Shown: in pieces, positions 48,538 through 58,112 of the stretch | How positions within the stretch are numbered: position 1 is the stretch's first letter | Layout: every line of letters starts with the position of its first letter | NCBI GenBank assembly: GCA_037481815.1 | Contig: JBBFKX010000001.1 | Location: 773,826-837,825 of the forward strand | Direction: 5' to 3' | From: a candidate division WOR-3 bacterium | GTDB lineage: Bacteria; Hydrothermota; 32-111 | DNA: 64,000 nt | Translations under genes and position numbers: made by a program | The notes under the pieces: generated by a model | Database searches by the model: none | The model's input: the letters and a program-made list of their open reading frames with translations, nothing else | Told to the model about the DNA's origin: nothing

Positions 48538-48994
48538 AGTCCTTTCTGTTCAAAAAAGTGTAAGTGACAGCAAGTGCATCAGAAACATCGTAAGGTAAAT
48601 TTTTTTCAATTCTAAAAATAGTTTTCACCATAAATTGAACCTGTTCTTTTGTTGAATGTCCTCTTCCTGTAACCGATTTCTTTATAAGATTCGGAGAAAA
48701 AAATTTAATCTTCGTTCCATTTTTCACGCAGGATACTATGAGTGCCGAACGAACCATAGAGAGTATTGAGGTCGTTTTAACATTCTTATGATAAAAAGAT
48801 TCCTCAAAAACAGCAAATTCAGGTTTAAACTTTTGCAAAATAGAATCTGACTCATAAAATATCTCATATAACCTGTTTTCGAACCTTTCTTCAGGATTTG
48901 TTTTTATTATTCCAGCTGTGATTATTTCAAACTTATCGTTTACTATAGCATAACCTGTCTGTTTTAAACTTGGATCAAAACCTATCACTTTCAC
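48521..48994 (-). CDS. ruvC: Crossover junction endodeoxyribonuclease RuvC
   Basis: GFDPS...TGY, FEE.F, KKSVTG.G...KEQV and D.SDALA motifs. Confidence 0.95.
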   Translation of the reverse strand: MKVIGFDPSLKQTGYAIVNDKFEIITAGIIKTNPEERFENRLYEIFYESDSILQKFKPEFAVFEESFYHKNVKTTSILSMVRSALIVSCVKNGTKIKFFSPNLIKKSVTGRGHSTKEQVQFMVKTIFRIEKNLPYDVSDALAVTYTFLNRKDYELVH

Positions 48995-49740
48995 CTGCTC
49001 AATTTCTCCATAAGTTCATCCGATATATCAAAATTCGAGTAAACATTTTGAACATCATCGTGATCTTCAAGCGCATCTATAAGTTTTAACATAACTGATG
49101 CGTCATTTTCGTTGAGTTGTACTGTTGATTGTGCTTTTTTTGTGAGTGTTACATTTGTGGTTTCTATCTTTTTATCATCAAAAACTTTTTTAACTTTGTA
49201 AAGATCCTCTGGTGCTGTATAAACCTGTATAACATCACCTGTTGTTACCACATCCTCACCACCCGCATCAATCGCAATTTCCATTATATCATCGAACTTA
49301 TATTTGTTTCCATCGATTTCAATGAGTCCTTTCTTTTCAAACATCCATGACACAGAACTGACATCTCCCAACTCTTTCCCAAATCTTGTAAATATATGTC
49401 TCAGTTCGCCTGTTGTTCTATTTTTGTTGTCTGTTACAACATCTATAAGTATCGCTGCTCCACCCGGTCCATAACCTCCATATACAACCTCTTCATATGT
49501 TGTTCCGGGCAACTCTCCTGTTCCCTTCTTTATCGCTCTATCTATGTTATCAGCGGGCATATTTGCTTTTTTAGCAGCAGCGATAGCAGCCCTCAACCTT
49601 GCGTTCAATTCAGGATCACCACCTCCTTCTCTTGCAGCAAGTGTTATTTCTTTAATAAGTTTTGTAAAGATCTGACCTCTTTTGTTATCCTCTACAGCTT
49701 TCTTCCTCTTTATCGTACTCCACTTATTATGTCCTGACAT
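48991..49740 (-). CDS. yebC: YebC/PmpR family protein
   Basis: MSGHNKWSTIKRKK, GYGPGG, TDNKNRT and DDVQNVYSN motifs. Confidence 0.97.
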   Translation of the reverse strand: MSGHNKWSTIKRKKAVEDNKRGQIFTKLIKEITLAAREGGGDPELNARLRAAIAAAKKANMPADNIDRAIKKGTGELPGTTYEEVVYGGYGPGGAAILIDVVTDNKNRTTGELRHIFTRFGKELGDVSSVSWMFEKKGLIEIDGNKYKFDDIMEIAIDAGGEDVVTTGDVIQVYTAPEDLYKVKKVFDDKKIETTNVTLTKKAQSTVQLNENDASVMLKLIDALEDHDDVQNVYSNFDISDELMEKLSR

Positions 49741-49749
49741 ATATCCTCC

Positions 49750-50304
49750 TTATCTTTTTCCACCTGGTCTTATTAAAATTTCTTTCTTTTCACACAAAGG
49801 ACAATTTTCTGGAACATAGGTTTTTGCTTCAACCTTCATTCCATAAAATAACGGATATTCGAAATTAATATTGTCGCTCCTATCGATAAGAACCGCTATT
49901 GAAAGAATATTTCCTTTAAAACTTTTAACAGCATCTATCATTTGGTTTATCGATTTTCCTGTTGTTAAAACATCATCAACAAGAAGAATTCGATCGTTTG
50001 GAGTTATCGGTGTTTCTCTAAAGAGTCCAAGTTTGTCCTCTCTTTTTTCAAGATATGCGGCTTTACATTTTAACTGTCTTGCAAATTCATACGAAACAAC
50101 AATTCCTCCAACAACAGGACCTAATACATAATCAAAATTTTTACCTTTTAATTTTTTTACAACTGTTGAAACAAGTTCAGATAACAATTTTGGATTTTCA
50201 AGAATCCTGAATTTTTCAAAATATGTATCAGAATGAAGCCCACTTGTTAAAAGAAAATGACCTTTTAAAATAACCTTTTCCTTTTCAAGTGTTTTTAAGT
50301 CCAT
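49750..50304 (-). CDS. pyrE: Orotate phosphoribosyltransferase
   Basis: GHFLLTSGLHS, VDDVLTTGKS, CPLC...PG; located in the pyr operon. Confidence 0.93.
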   Translation of the reverse strand: MDLKTLEKEKVILKGHFLLTSGLHSDTYFEKFRILENPKLLSELVSTVVKKLKGKNFDYVLGPVVGGIVVSYEFARQLKCKAAYLEKREDKLGLFRETPITPNDRILLVDDVLTTGKSINQMIDAVKSFKGNILSIAVLIDRSDNINFEYPLFYGMKVEAKTYVPENCPLCEKKEILIRPGGKR

Positions 50305-51016
50305 CTTTTATCTCCCGTAAAATATTTTTTACAACTTTTTTTGGATCATCTGATGCTGCAACCGGTCTTCCAACAACTATAAAATCAGCACCATCCCTGA
50401 TTGCTTCGTAAGGTGTTGCACTCCTCTGCTGATCGTTTTTCTCAGAACCTTTCGGTCTGATTCCTGGAGTCAAAATCAAAAGTTCGTTTCCACATTTTTT
50501 TCTTAACATTTTCACTTCAAGAGGTGAAGCAACAACTCCATCTATACCCGCAGATCTTGCTGCCTGAGCAAGTATCAAAACTTCTTCTTCGACGCTCCTG
50601 TTCGTTGCACCTATAATATCCTGTAAAAAAGCACTGTCAAGAGATGTCAAAAGTGTAACAGCAAAAATTTTAGGTGCATGGTTTTTCTTCTCTCTTCTCT
50701 GCCAGATCAACTTTGCAACACTTTCCATCATATCGAAACCACCCATCGCATGAATTGTCAACATATCAACACCATGTTCAAGAACAGAGGATACAGCGCC
50801 AACAACCGTGTTTGGTATATCATGAAATTTTAGATCGAGAAACACTTTTTTGTTCCTTTTTTTCAACATGTTCAAAGATCTGTATCCCTCTTTTGTAAAC
50901 AGTTGAAGACCAATCTTATATGTTGTTATATCATCTTCAAGAATATCGACAAGTTTTTCCGCTTTTTTTAAAGAATCGAAATCTAATGCTATTATAAGTC
51001 GATCCTTTAGGTTCAT
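50285..51016 (-). CDS. pyrF: Orotidine-5'-phosphate decarboxylase
   Basis: IIALD, FLDLKFHDIPNT, TPGIRP, DQ.R and VVGRP motifs. Confidence 0.97.
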   Translation of the reverse strand: MNLKDRLIIALDFDSLKKAEKLVDILEDDITTYKIGLQLFTKEGYRSLNMLKKRNKKVFLDLKFHDIPNTVVGAVSSVLEHGVDMLTIHAMGGFDMMESVAKLIWQRREKKNHAPKIFAVTLLTSLDSAFLQDIIGATNRSVEEEVLILAQAARSAGIDGVVASPLEVKMLRKKCGNELLILTPGIRPKGSEKNDQQRSATPYEAIRDGADFIVVGRPVAASDDPKKVVKNILREIKDGLKNT

Positions 51017-51930
51017 AATCTCTCCTTGATACTACCTATAATCTCTTTAATACTTTTAATCTTTTTTTCCTTCATATATCTTTCAAGACCAATCGAAAGT
51101 TCTTCAAGAATGTCAGGTTTTACTAAAACTCCACTTCCCACCTGAACAGCGGTTGCACCAATGATCAAAAACTCAAGTACATCGTTTAAATTTGTAATTC
51201 CACCTATTCCTATAACAGGAATTTTAACAGATTTAACCATTTTGTAAACATTGAAAAGAGATAACGGTTTGATCGCAGGTCCAGAAAAACCTGCCTGAAC
51301 ATTTTTAAAAACAAATTCTCTTCTTTCTATATCAACAGAAGTTCCAATATATGTGTTCGTAAAACTTATCCCATCAAACCCTTCACTTTCTGCAAATTTT
51401 GCTATATCGAATGATTCGTTGTAAGAAGGTGATAATTTTAAAAGTAATGTTTTTTCAGTTAAGCCCCTGATATTTCTCAAAAGTTTTTTAGAATCATTAA
51501 AGTTTGAATTAAAATTTATCTTTTTATTTGTAATGTTCGGACAGGAAATGTTGATCTCATAACCATCAAAACCTTTATGTTCATCAAGTGATTCTATCAT
51601 ATTCACAAGATCATCTCTTGAAAAAGGTGCAAGGTTTAAAAATTTTACACATTTGAAATTTTTGATCTGAGGAAGAATCTTTTCGATAAAATAATCAACT
51701 CCATTGTTTTCGAGTCCAATCGAATTGAGAATTCCCCCATAGACCTCTTTGATCCTTGGATTTTCATTTCCTATCTTTTTTTTCAATGTTATAGATTTTG
51801 TAACAAATCCACCGATCCTGTTAAAGTCGTTGTATTTTGAAAGTTCAACTCCCCAGCCAGAACAACCACTTGCACCGATAATCGGAGTTTTTAAAACTGT
51901 TTTTCCAATTTTAACACTCAAATCAATCAT
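51013..51930 (-). CDS. pyrD: Dihydroorotate dehydrogenase, class 1B catalytic subunit
   Basis: TKSIT, GN..PR, NSIGLEN, EINISCPN, KLSP and SGPAIKP motifs; next to pyrK. Confidence 0.93.
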   Translation of the reverse strand: MIDLSVKIGKTVLKTPIIGASGCSGWGVELSKYNDFNRIGGFVTKSITLKKKIGNENPRIKEVYGGILNSIGLENNGVDYFIEKILPQIKNFKCVKFLNLAPFSRDDLVNMIESLDEHKGFDGYEINISCPNITNKKINFNSNFNDSKKLLRNIRGLTEKTLLLKLSPSYNESFDIAKFAESEGFDGISFTNTYIGTSVDIERREFVFKNVQAGFSGPAIKPLSLFNVYKMVKSVKIPVIGIGGITNLNDVLEFLIIGATAVQVGSGVLVKPDILEELSIGLERYMKEKKIKSIKEIIGSIKERL

Positions 51931-52639
51931 AAACTATCCTGTTTCCATCAAGAATCGGACCTTCCGTACAAAGTTTCACATAATCACCATCTTCCATTTT
52001 AACTGCACAACCGTTGCAGAGTCCAACACCACATCCCATAATTTCCTCATAGATAGCATAAAAATTTTTTTTATTTTCAAAACAATATTTTTTTATCGTT
52101 TTCAACATTTCTTTTGGTCCACAACCGATAATCGTATCAAAATCATAACGATCTAAAAAATCTGTTGGATAACCTTTTATCTTGCTATTTTTTTCCGAAC
52201 AGTATAAACCTTTTAAAGAAAAATATTTCAAAACATTTTTGTATTCACCTTCTTTATCTCCAAAAATAAGTTTATAATTTTTTCCCTTTAAAAAAGGTAT
52301 GAGTGCCGCAAGACCTATTCCTCCTCCAACAAAGAGAGTAGTCCTGTAATCGATATCCTTATCAAAACCTTTTCCAAGTGGATAAAGTATATCCACATGA
52401 TCGCCTTTTTTGAGTTGACTGATATTTTCAGTTGAACTTCCAACAATTTTGATAAGAAAAGTTAAGGAACTTTTACCATTTTTTACTATCGTAAAGGGTC
52501 TTCTTAAAATCTTGTCCTTAAGATCGGTTTTTATAGAACCAAACTGGCCCGGGGAAATTTCTTCTTTAAAACTTTTCGAAATTTTTAAAAGAAACACATT
52601 TTCTGTTAAAAAAATCTTTTCCAAAACCTTTTCAATCAT
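51923..52639 (-). CDS. pyrK: Dihydroorotate dehydrogenase electron transfer subunit
   Basis: PGQF, RRPFT, PLGKGF, GGGIG and CGP motifs; 2Fe-2S motif MGCGVGLCNGC...C.EGP. Confidence 0.92.
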   Translation of the reverse strand: MIEKVLEKIFLTENVFLLKISKSFKEEISPGQFGSIKTDLKDKILRRPFTIVKNGKSSLTFLIKIVGSSTENISQLKKGDHVDILYPLGKGFDKDIDYRTTLFVGGGIGLAALIPFLKGKNYKLIFGDKEGEYKNVLKYFSLKGLYCSEKNSKIKGYPTDFLDRYDFDTIIGCGPKEMLKTIKKYCFENKKNFYAIYEEIMGCGVGLCNGCAVKMEDGDYVKLCTEGPILDGNRIVYD

Positions 52640-53969
52640 GTTTGAGTTCCTCTATTCTTTTTAAAGCGTTAAGATAAAATTCGGTTGATGGATATTCGTT
52701 TACTATTTTTTCAAGAAATTCTAACGATTTTAAAGTATCGTTATACTCCTTCAAATATATATAGGATAATGCGAATAAACTTTTTGGGGAATAATAGGAA
52801 CGAGGGAAAGAATCAACTATGCTTTTATATCCTTTTATCGCATCTTCAGCTTTTGCAAGGAAAAAATATTCGATTTCCGAAAGAAGAAATCTGTTCTTTA
52901 CCTTTTCCTCTTCGCTTAACTGTGAGTTTTCATCCTTCAAAGAAAGTAAAAGTTGCAAAGATTTCGATTTTGCCTCTGCCTGATAAAAGAGAGGTGAGTT
53001 CTGTTGACTCTCAGTTAACATCCTGTAAGATTTTTCTGCATTTTTCAGATCGTTAAAATATTTTTCATATATATATCCCTTTTTAAACAAAAGGGAATCC
53101 ATAAGGTATCTATCCCTTCCAGATAAAATTTCATCTATCAGTTTTATAGATTTTTCATACTCTTTCCTTTTTTCAAAAATTTGAACTTTAAGATAATAGA
53201 AAACATTTCTTTTATTGTGGTTTTGAAAAATATCTATCGCACGGTTTGTATATTTTTCTGCATTTTTTAAATCACCAAGTTCAACATAACAACCAATAAG
53301 GTATCTGTAATAATCAAATATAAAATCTTTTGGTAAAGATTTTATATTTATTTTTAGAAAATTTTTTAGCGCTGTATCATACTCTTTTTTCAGATATTTC
53401 ACCTTTCCCTTCAAAAAAAGATTTACAGAGTTATTCTTCGCTTTATATGAAACATTTTCTATCAAACTGTCAGCAATGTTAAAATCGTTTCTTTCTATAT
53501 AAATGTTTACTATCTCTTTCACGGCTTCATTTTGAAAATTCCCATTCTTTGAGATGACCTGGCTGAATATCGTTAAAGAGATATTCGTATCCTGCTGCAT
53601 CAAATATGTCTTTCCAAGATAAAACAACGCCTCTTCAAAATATTTTGAATCGGGAAAATAATCTATTAGTTCTGTAAACTTTTTTATCGCTTTTGAGTAC
53701 TCTCCTTTATACATGTATGATTTACCTATCAAGATTAAAGCATCATCAACATATTTTGAATTCTGGTGCAATTGCAATATTTTTGACGATTTTTCTATAG
53801 ATTTATCAAGGTATGTTCTATCAACAGGTTTATCATCTTCAAGTGGTTTGATACCAAGTTTATAATATTTTTCAGCGTTATAAAATATATTGAAATATGC
53901 GTTAAAATTTGCACACGAAAAAAACATCAGCAGAATGATTACAAAAAAAAATAAAAACATTTTTTTCAT
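52632..53969 (-). CDS. TPR-repeat lipoprotein (SprE/PorW- or BamD-like)
   Basis: Lipobox FFSC followed by AYFNIFYNA; repeated [YF]P.S.Y TPR motifs. Confidence 0.75.
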   Translation of the reverse strand: MKKMFLFFFVIILLMFFSCANFNAYFNIFYNAEKYYKLGIKPLEDDKPVDRTYLDKSIEKSSKILQLHQNSKYVDDALILIGKSYMYKGEYSKAIKKFTELIDYFPDSKYFEEALFYLGKTYLMQQDTNISLTIFSQVISKNGNFQNEAVKEIVNIYIERNDFNIADSLIENVSYKAKNNSVNLFLKGKVKYLKKEYDTALKNFLKINIKSLPKDFIFDYYRYLIGCYVELGDLKNAEKYTNRAIDIFQNHNKRNVFYYLKVQIFEKRKEYEKSIKLIDEILSGRDRYLMDSLLFKKGYIYEKYFNDLKNAEKSYRMLTESQQNSPLFYQAEAKSKSLQLLLSLKDENSQLSEEEKVKNRFLLSEIEYFFLAKAEDAIKGYKSIVDSFPRSYYSPKSLFALSYIYLKEYNDTLKSLEFLEKIVNEYPSTEFYLNALKRIEELKHD

Positions 53970-53977
53970 AATTTTTG

Positions 53978-53986
53978 ATTATATCA
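53978..53986 (-). promoter_or_regulatory. Putative extended -10 promoter (short leader)
   Basis: TGA-TATAAT, 8 nt before the ATG at 53969, no SD. Confidence 0.45.
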
Positions 53987-54032
53987 GATATACAAAAAAA
54001 ATAAAGAAGGATTAAAACCTATTCTGATTATA

Positions 54033-54061
54033 TTGACTTCGATTATTTTTATCTATAATAT
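54033..54061 (+). promoter_or_regulatory. Putative sigma70 promoter of nnr (short leader)
   Basis: TTGACT followed by overlapping TATAAT (N15) or TAATAT (N17), 6-8 nt before the ATG at 54068, no SD. Confidence 0.45.
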
Positions 54062-54067
54062 TTTTTT

Positions 54068-55543
54068 ATGTTTTCAATCTATGGAGAAACTTCAAAAAAA
54101 ATAGACACTGTTTGCAGTGAAAAATTTTTTATAAAACCAGAAATTTTGATGGAAAATGCAGCCATCGCCAGTTGCAACATTTTGCTTTCCAACTTTAAAT
54201 TCGAAAGACCTGTGATAGTTTGTTCAACAGGGAACAACGGTGGTGATGGTTTCGCACTTGCAAGACATCTTATAAACAAAAACTATGATGTTTCAACTAT
54301 AGTTTTAGGAGACATAAAAAAATTATCGACTGAAAGTCAAACGAATCTTACAATTTTAAAAAGATTGAGTAAAAAAATATTTTTTAATCCATCCGGGAAT
54401 AAATTTTCCAAGATTTTAAATTCATCCGACCTGATAGTAGATGCTTTGTTTGGAACGGGATTTCACGGGGAGTTCACTCCATTTTTCAGAAAATATGTAA
54501 AAAAAATCAATAGATCAAATAAAAAAATATTTTCACTCGATATACCATCCGGGCTTGATTCGAACACTGGAATGTATGATGTGGATACGATCCGGGCTTT
54601 TACAACGATCACTTTTGGTTTTGTCAAAACTGGAATGCTATGGGTTGATTCAAAAAAATTTACAGGTGATATTTTTGTTGCCGATATATCGATTCCATAT
54701 CAGATAGTTTTCGATTTTGATTTTCAAACGATAATAGAAAAAGAGATTGTTATAGGGCTCATAAAGCATTTCAAAATAAAAAAGGAAAGTTATTTCCATA
54801 AAAGACAGAAAGGTAATCTATTCCTTGTTGGAGGAAACAGAGGAATGGAGGGCTCAATACAGATAGCAGCACTTGGTGCTATGAAAACCGGTGCGGGGAT
54901 AGTGTATGTTAAACAACTTGGAAATCAAAAGATCAAGTTTTTAAAAGAGGCAGTTTACATTGATAAATTTGATGATGGGATTTTAAAGAGTGATAATATA
55001 GTTATTGGTTGCGGGTTTGGAAACGACCAGAATTCAAAAGAAACTTTTATTGGAATGATGGAAAAATTGGATAACAAAAAAGTCATAATCGATGCTGATG
55101 GAATAAACATAATTGCACAACTTGATGAGAAAAATAAAAAAAGATTTTTAAAAAACAAAATCATAACTCCACATCCTGAAGAATTTTTCAGGTTAACAAA
55201 AAAGAGGTTTACAAACATCAAAGAAAAAATAACATTTGCAGAAGAATTTTCAAAAAATTATTCAACTGTTACAGTATTGAAATCACCACCAACGGTTGTT
55301 ACCGATGGTGAGAATACTTTTATTCTTCCAAATTCAAATTTAAAACTTGCAACAGCAGGTTCTGGAGATCTCCTTGCTGGAATAATTGGTGCTTATGTTT
55401 CATTTGGATACGATCTTTTAACATCATCAGTTTTAGGTGTTTATACACATTTTATATCAGCAGAAATGTCAAAATCTAAAAATCCTCTAATAAGTGAGAT
55501 CGCACAAAATATTGGTGAGGTTCAAAATGAGATATTTTTATAA
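54068..55543 (+). CDS. nnr: Bifunctional NAD(P)H-hydrate epimerase/dehydratase
   Basis: LMENA, GNNGGDG, DALFGTG and DIPSG (epimerase); DADG, TPHP.EF and LATAGSGD (dehydratase). Confidence 0.93.
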   Translation: MFSIYGETSKKIDTVCSEKFFIKPEILMENAAIASCNILLSNFKFERPVIVCSTGNNGGDGFALARHLINKNYDVSTIVLGDIKKLSTESQTNLTILKRLSKKIFFNPSGNKFSKILNSSDLIVDALFGTGFHGEFTPFFRKYVKKINRSNKKIFSLDIPSGLDSNTGMYDVDTIRAFTTITFGFVKTGMLWVDSKKFTGDIFVADISIPYQIVFDFDFQTIIEKEIVIGLIKHFKIKKESYFHKRQKGNLFLVGGNRGMEGSIQIAALGAMKTGAGIVYVKQLGNQKIKFLKEAVYIDKFDDGILKSDNIVIGCGFGNDQNSKETFIGMMEKLDNKKVIIDADGINIIAQLDEKNKKRFLKNKIITPHPEEFFRLTKKRFTNIKEKITFAEEFSKNYSTVTVLKSPPTVVTDGENTFILPNSNLKLATAGSGDLLAGIIGAYVSFGYDLLTSSVLGVYTHFISAEMSKSKNPLISEIAQNIGEVQNEIFL

Positions 55544-57074
55544 AACGATTTTTCTTTTAACAATTTTTTTATCTTTCAATTCCTCTTTTTGTAATCAGAA
55601 CATAACAAGAACTCCCGACTATGAAAACCTTTCCTATTTTTTAAATGTTCTGGATATCTCGGGTGATCTTGAAAATATCTTTATTGCAACTTCTTCAGGT
55701 ATTTTGAAACTTGATAGATTTACAGATGAGTTAACAACTCTACTTTCATTTAGAAAATGGATGTATGATATTCCATTCAAAAATCTTTTTCCAGATCCTA
55801 TACACATTAACAATATTTATTTCACAGGTAGAGATTTTTTATACCATTACGATATTTTTAACGATACAATAGAATATTGTAAAATTCTGGATTTTTCAGG
55901 AAAATCGGTTTCACTTATCGGTGTCACAGAAGAATCACTCTTTGTAAAGATAGATACCCTTGTGTATTCATCTTTAAAATATGGATTAAAAACTGAAAAT
56001 TGGGTTTTAAGCAGAAATGATAAAAAAATCAACTGGAAAAAAATCAATAAAGATGTAAAAGATTATCCTCAACTGTTGCCTCATACTATCATTTATGGAA
56101 ACAGAGAATACAATTTTACAACCGTGTATGAGGATGTTAACAATTATTATGTTGGAACAGATGGAATAGGTCTTTTGAAAATTGACAGAACGAGTTTAAA
56201 AAGAAAACATTTTATTTATGGAACTGGTTCTCTGGATATCAGATCAATCTCACTTGATTCTTTAAATAATCTCTGGATCGCAGGATTGAACTGCATCAAC
56301 ATCACAAAATATGATATAAACAGAAAAATTTTCACCTATTATAAGTTATCCGATATTCCTGAGATTCCCGATAACCAGATCAATGTTGTATCATCATCGA
56401 AAAAATATGTACTCTTTTTAACACAACTCGGTGGAATTTTCTATTATGATATTTCAAAGGATAGATTTTTCAACATCCCCAACAGTATAACAACAATTTT
56501 TTTCAGAGCAAAACCAGTAAGAGATGGTCTTTTCATAGTATCAGGTGATAGAGGAATAGGATTTGTTGATATACAGGAGAAAAAATTTTACCAGAAATTT
56601 GATAATCTTCAATCTGTAATCGATCTTGAAGTTTATAGGGATACAATATATTTCGTTTCTCAGAATAAACTCTATAAAACACATTTAAACGATTCGTCTT
56701 TTTACACTGTTCAGTTCGATTTTCCAACATTTTTTGTTTATCAGTTCTATAAAGACGATTCAACAGAAATTTTACTTGATAACGCTTATGTGCACATAAA
56801 AAGGGGGAAAGAAAAATATGTTTCATATCCAAATAATCTTTTTGGAGAATTTTACGATCTTGCAAAAAAGGACTCATTTATATTTGCAGCTGCAACCGAT
56901 GGTTTTGGAGTTTTTTCTGAAAACCAGAAAAAATGGGAAATTTATAACAAAAAAAGATACCCCCTACCTTCAAACAGTTTTTACAACATAGTGCTATCTG
57001 ACCAATATCTTTTTATAACCACAAGATCTTCTCTTTTAAAAGTGAAATATGACATCATTATACAAGAAAAATAA
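55527..57074 (+). CDS. Hypothetical exported beta-propeller-like protein
   Basis: Signal peptide from MRYFYK (55527); repeats such as IFIATSSGI, YVGTDGIGL, LWIAG and FAAATDGFG. Confidence 0.65.
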   Translation: MRYFYKTIFLLTIFLSFNSSFCNQNITRTPDYENLSYFLNVLDISGDLENIFIATSSGILKLDRFTDELTTLLSFRKWMYDIPFKNLFPDPIHINNIYFTGRDFLYHYDIFNDTIEYCKILDFSGKSVSLIGVTEESLFVKIDTLVYSSLKYGLKTENWVLSRNDKKINWKKINKDVKDYPQLLPHTIIYGNREYNFTTVYEDVNNYYVGTDGIGLLKIDRTSLKRKHFIYGTGSLDIRSISLDSLNNLWIAGLNCINITKYDINRKIFTYYKLSDIPEIPDNQINVVSSSKKYVLFLTQLGGIFYYDISKDRFFNIPNSITTIFFRAKPVRDGLFIVSGDRGIGFVDIQEKKFYQKFDNLQSVIDLEVYRDTIYFVSQNKLYKTHLNDSSFYTVQFDFPTFFVYQFYKDDSTEILLDNAYVHIKRGKEKYVSYPNNLFGEFYDLAKKDSFIFAAATDGFGVFSENQKKWEIYNKKRYPLPSNSFYNIVLSDQYLFITTRSSLLKVKYDIIIQEK

Positions 57075-58110
57075 GTTTATTTTAATAATTTTAATAATAT
57101 CTTTTGTCCCTTTTTTGATATTCGGTGAGAAAATTCAAGGGATATATGTTTCAAGATATGTTACTTCATCAAAAAGATTTTATTCACTTTTAGAAAAATT
57201 GAAGGAAAACAATTTCAACGCTGTTGTTATAGATATAAAATATGATTATGGTGATGTTGCAGTTAATCTTGATTCAACATATTCTATTATAAATTCATAT
57301 CAAAAAATAAACCAACTTCAGGAAAAGTTGGATACACTCAAAAAACTTGGGATAAAACCCATAGCAAGAATCGTCTGTTTCAAAGATAATATCTTGGGAA
57401 AATATGACAATTACAAATATGCTGTTAAATATTCTGATGGTTCTATATATTATGATCTTTCGAAATCGATTTGGGTATCTCCTTATTCAACCTTTGTTCA
57501 GGATTATATAATAAATATAGCAAAGGAATGTGCGAAAATTGGTTTTTCCGAGATCCAGTTTGATTATATTAGATTTCCAACAGATGGAATAAAGGGGACA
57601 TTGATTTTTCCTGAAAGAAACGGTTTAAACGGTTTTGAAACGATTATAAACTTTTTGAAAAAAGCATACAACGAACTTAAACCTTATGGAGTGGATATAT
57701 CATGTGATGTTTATGGATATACTGTCTGGTTTGATTCCTTATATCTTGTGAACCAACATCTTGATGGAATGGCATTATATTCAGATGCAATTTATCCCAT
57801 GGTTTATCCATCCCATTTTTCCGACTCACTATATAGAAAATTGGGAAAAGAGGAAAGAACATATCAGATAATATATCAAAGTGGTGTTAAATCAAAAAAA
57901 AGGATAGAAAAATTTAATACAAAAACCATACTTTACCTTCAGGATTTTACATGGAAATCTTCCCTTATGGGAAACGATTATGTTAACAACCAAATAAAGG
58001 CAGCGATAGATTCTGATGTTGACGGATTCATATTATGGAATCCGTCTTCAAAATATTCTTACTTTGAACTTCCAGAAAAGGTTAATTTTTCAAATTATAA
58101 AAAGGAATAG
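57049..58110 (+). CDS. Putative glycoside hydrolase (DUF4015-like TIM barrel)
   Basis: NAVVIDIK, IARIVCFKD, EIQFDYIRFP, PMVYPSH, LQDF and LWNP motifs. Confidence 0.8.
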   Translation: MTSLYKKNKFILIILIISFVPFLIFGEKIQGIYVSRYVTSSKRFYSLLEKLKENNFNAVVIDIKYDYGDVAVNLDSTYSIINSYQKINQLQEKLDTLKKLGIKPIARIVCFKDNILGKYDNYKYAVKYSDGSIYYDLSKSIWVSPYSTFVQDYIINIAKECAKIGFSEIQFDYIRFPTDGIKGTLIFPERNGLNGFETIINFLKKAYNELKPYGVDISCDVYGYTVWFDSLYLVNQHLDGMALYSDAIYPMVYPSHFSDSLYRKLGKEERTYQIIYQSGVKSKKRIEKFNTKTILYLQDFTWKSSLMGNDYVNNQIKAAIDSDVDGFILWNPSSKYSYFELPEKVNFSNYKKE

Positions 58111-58112
58111 AA

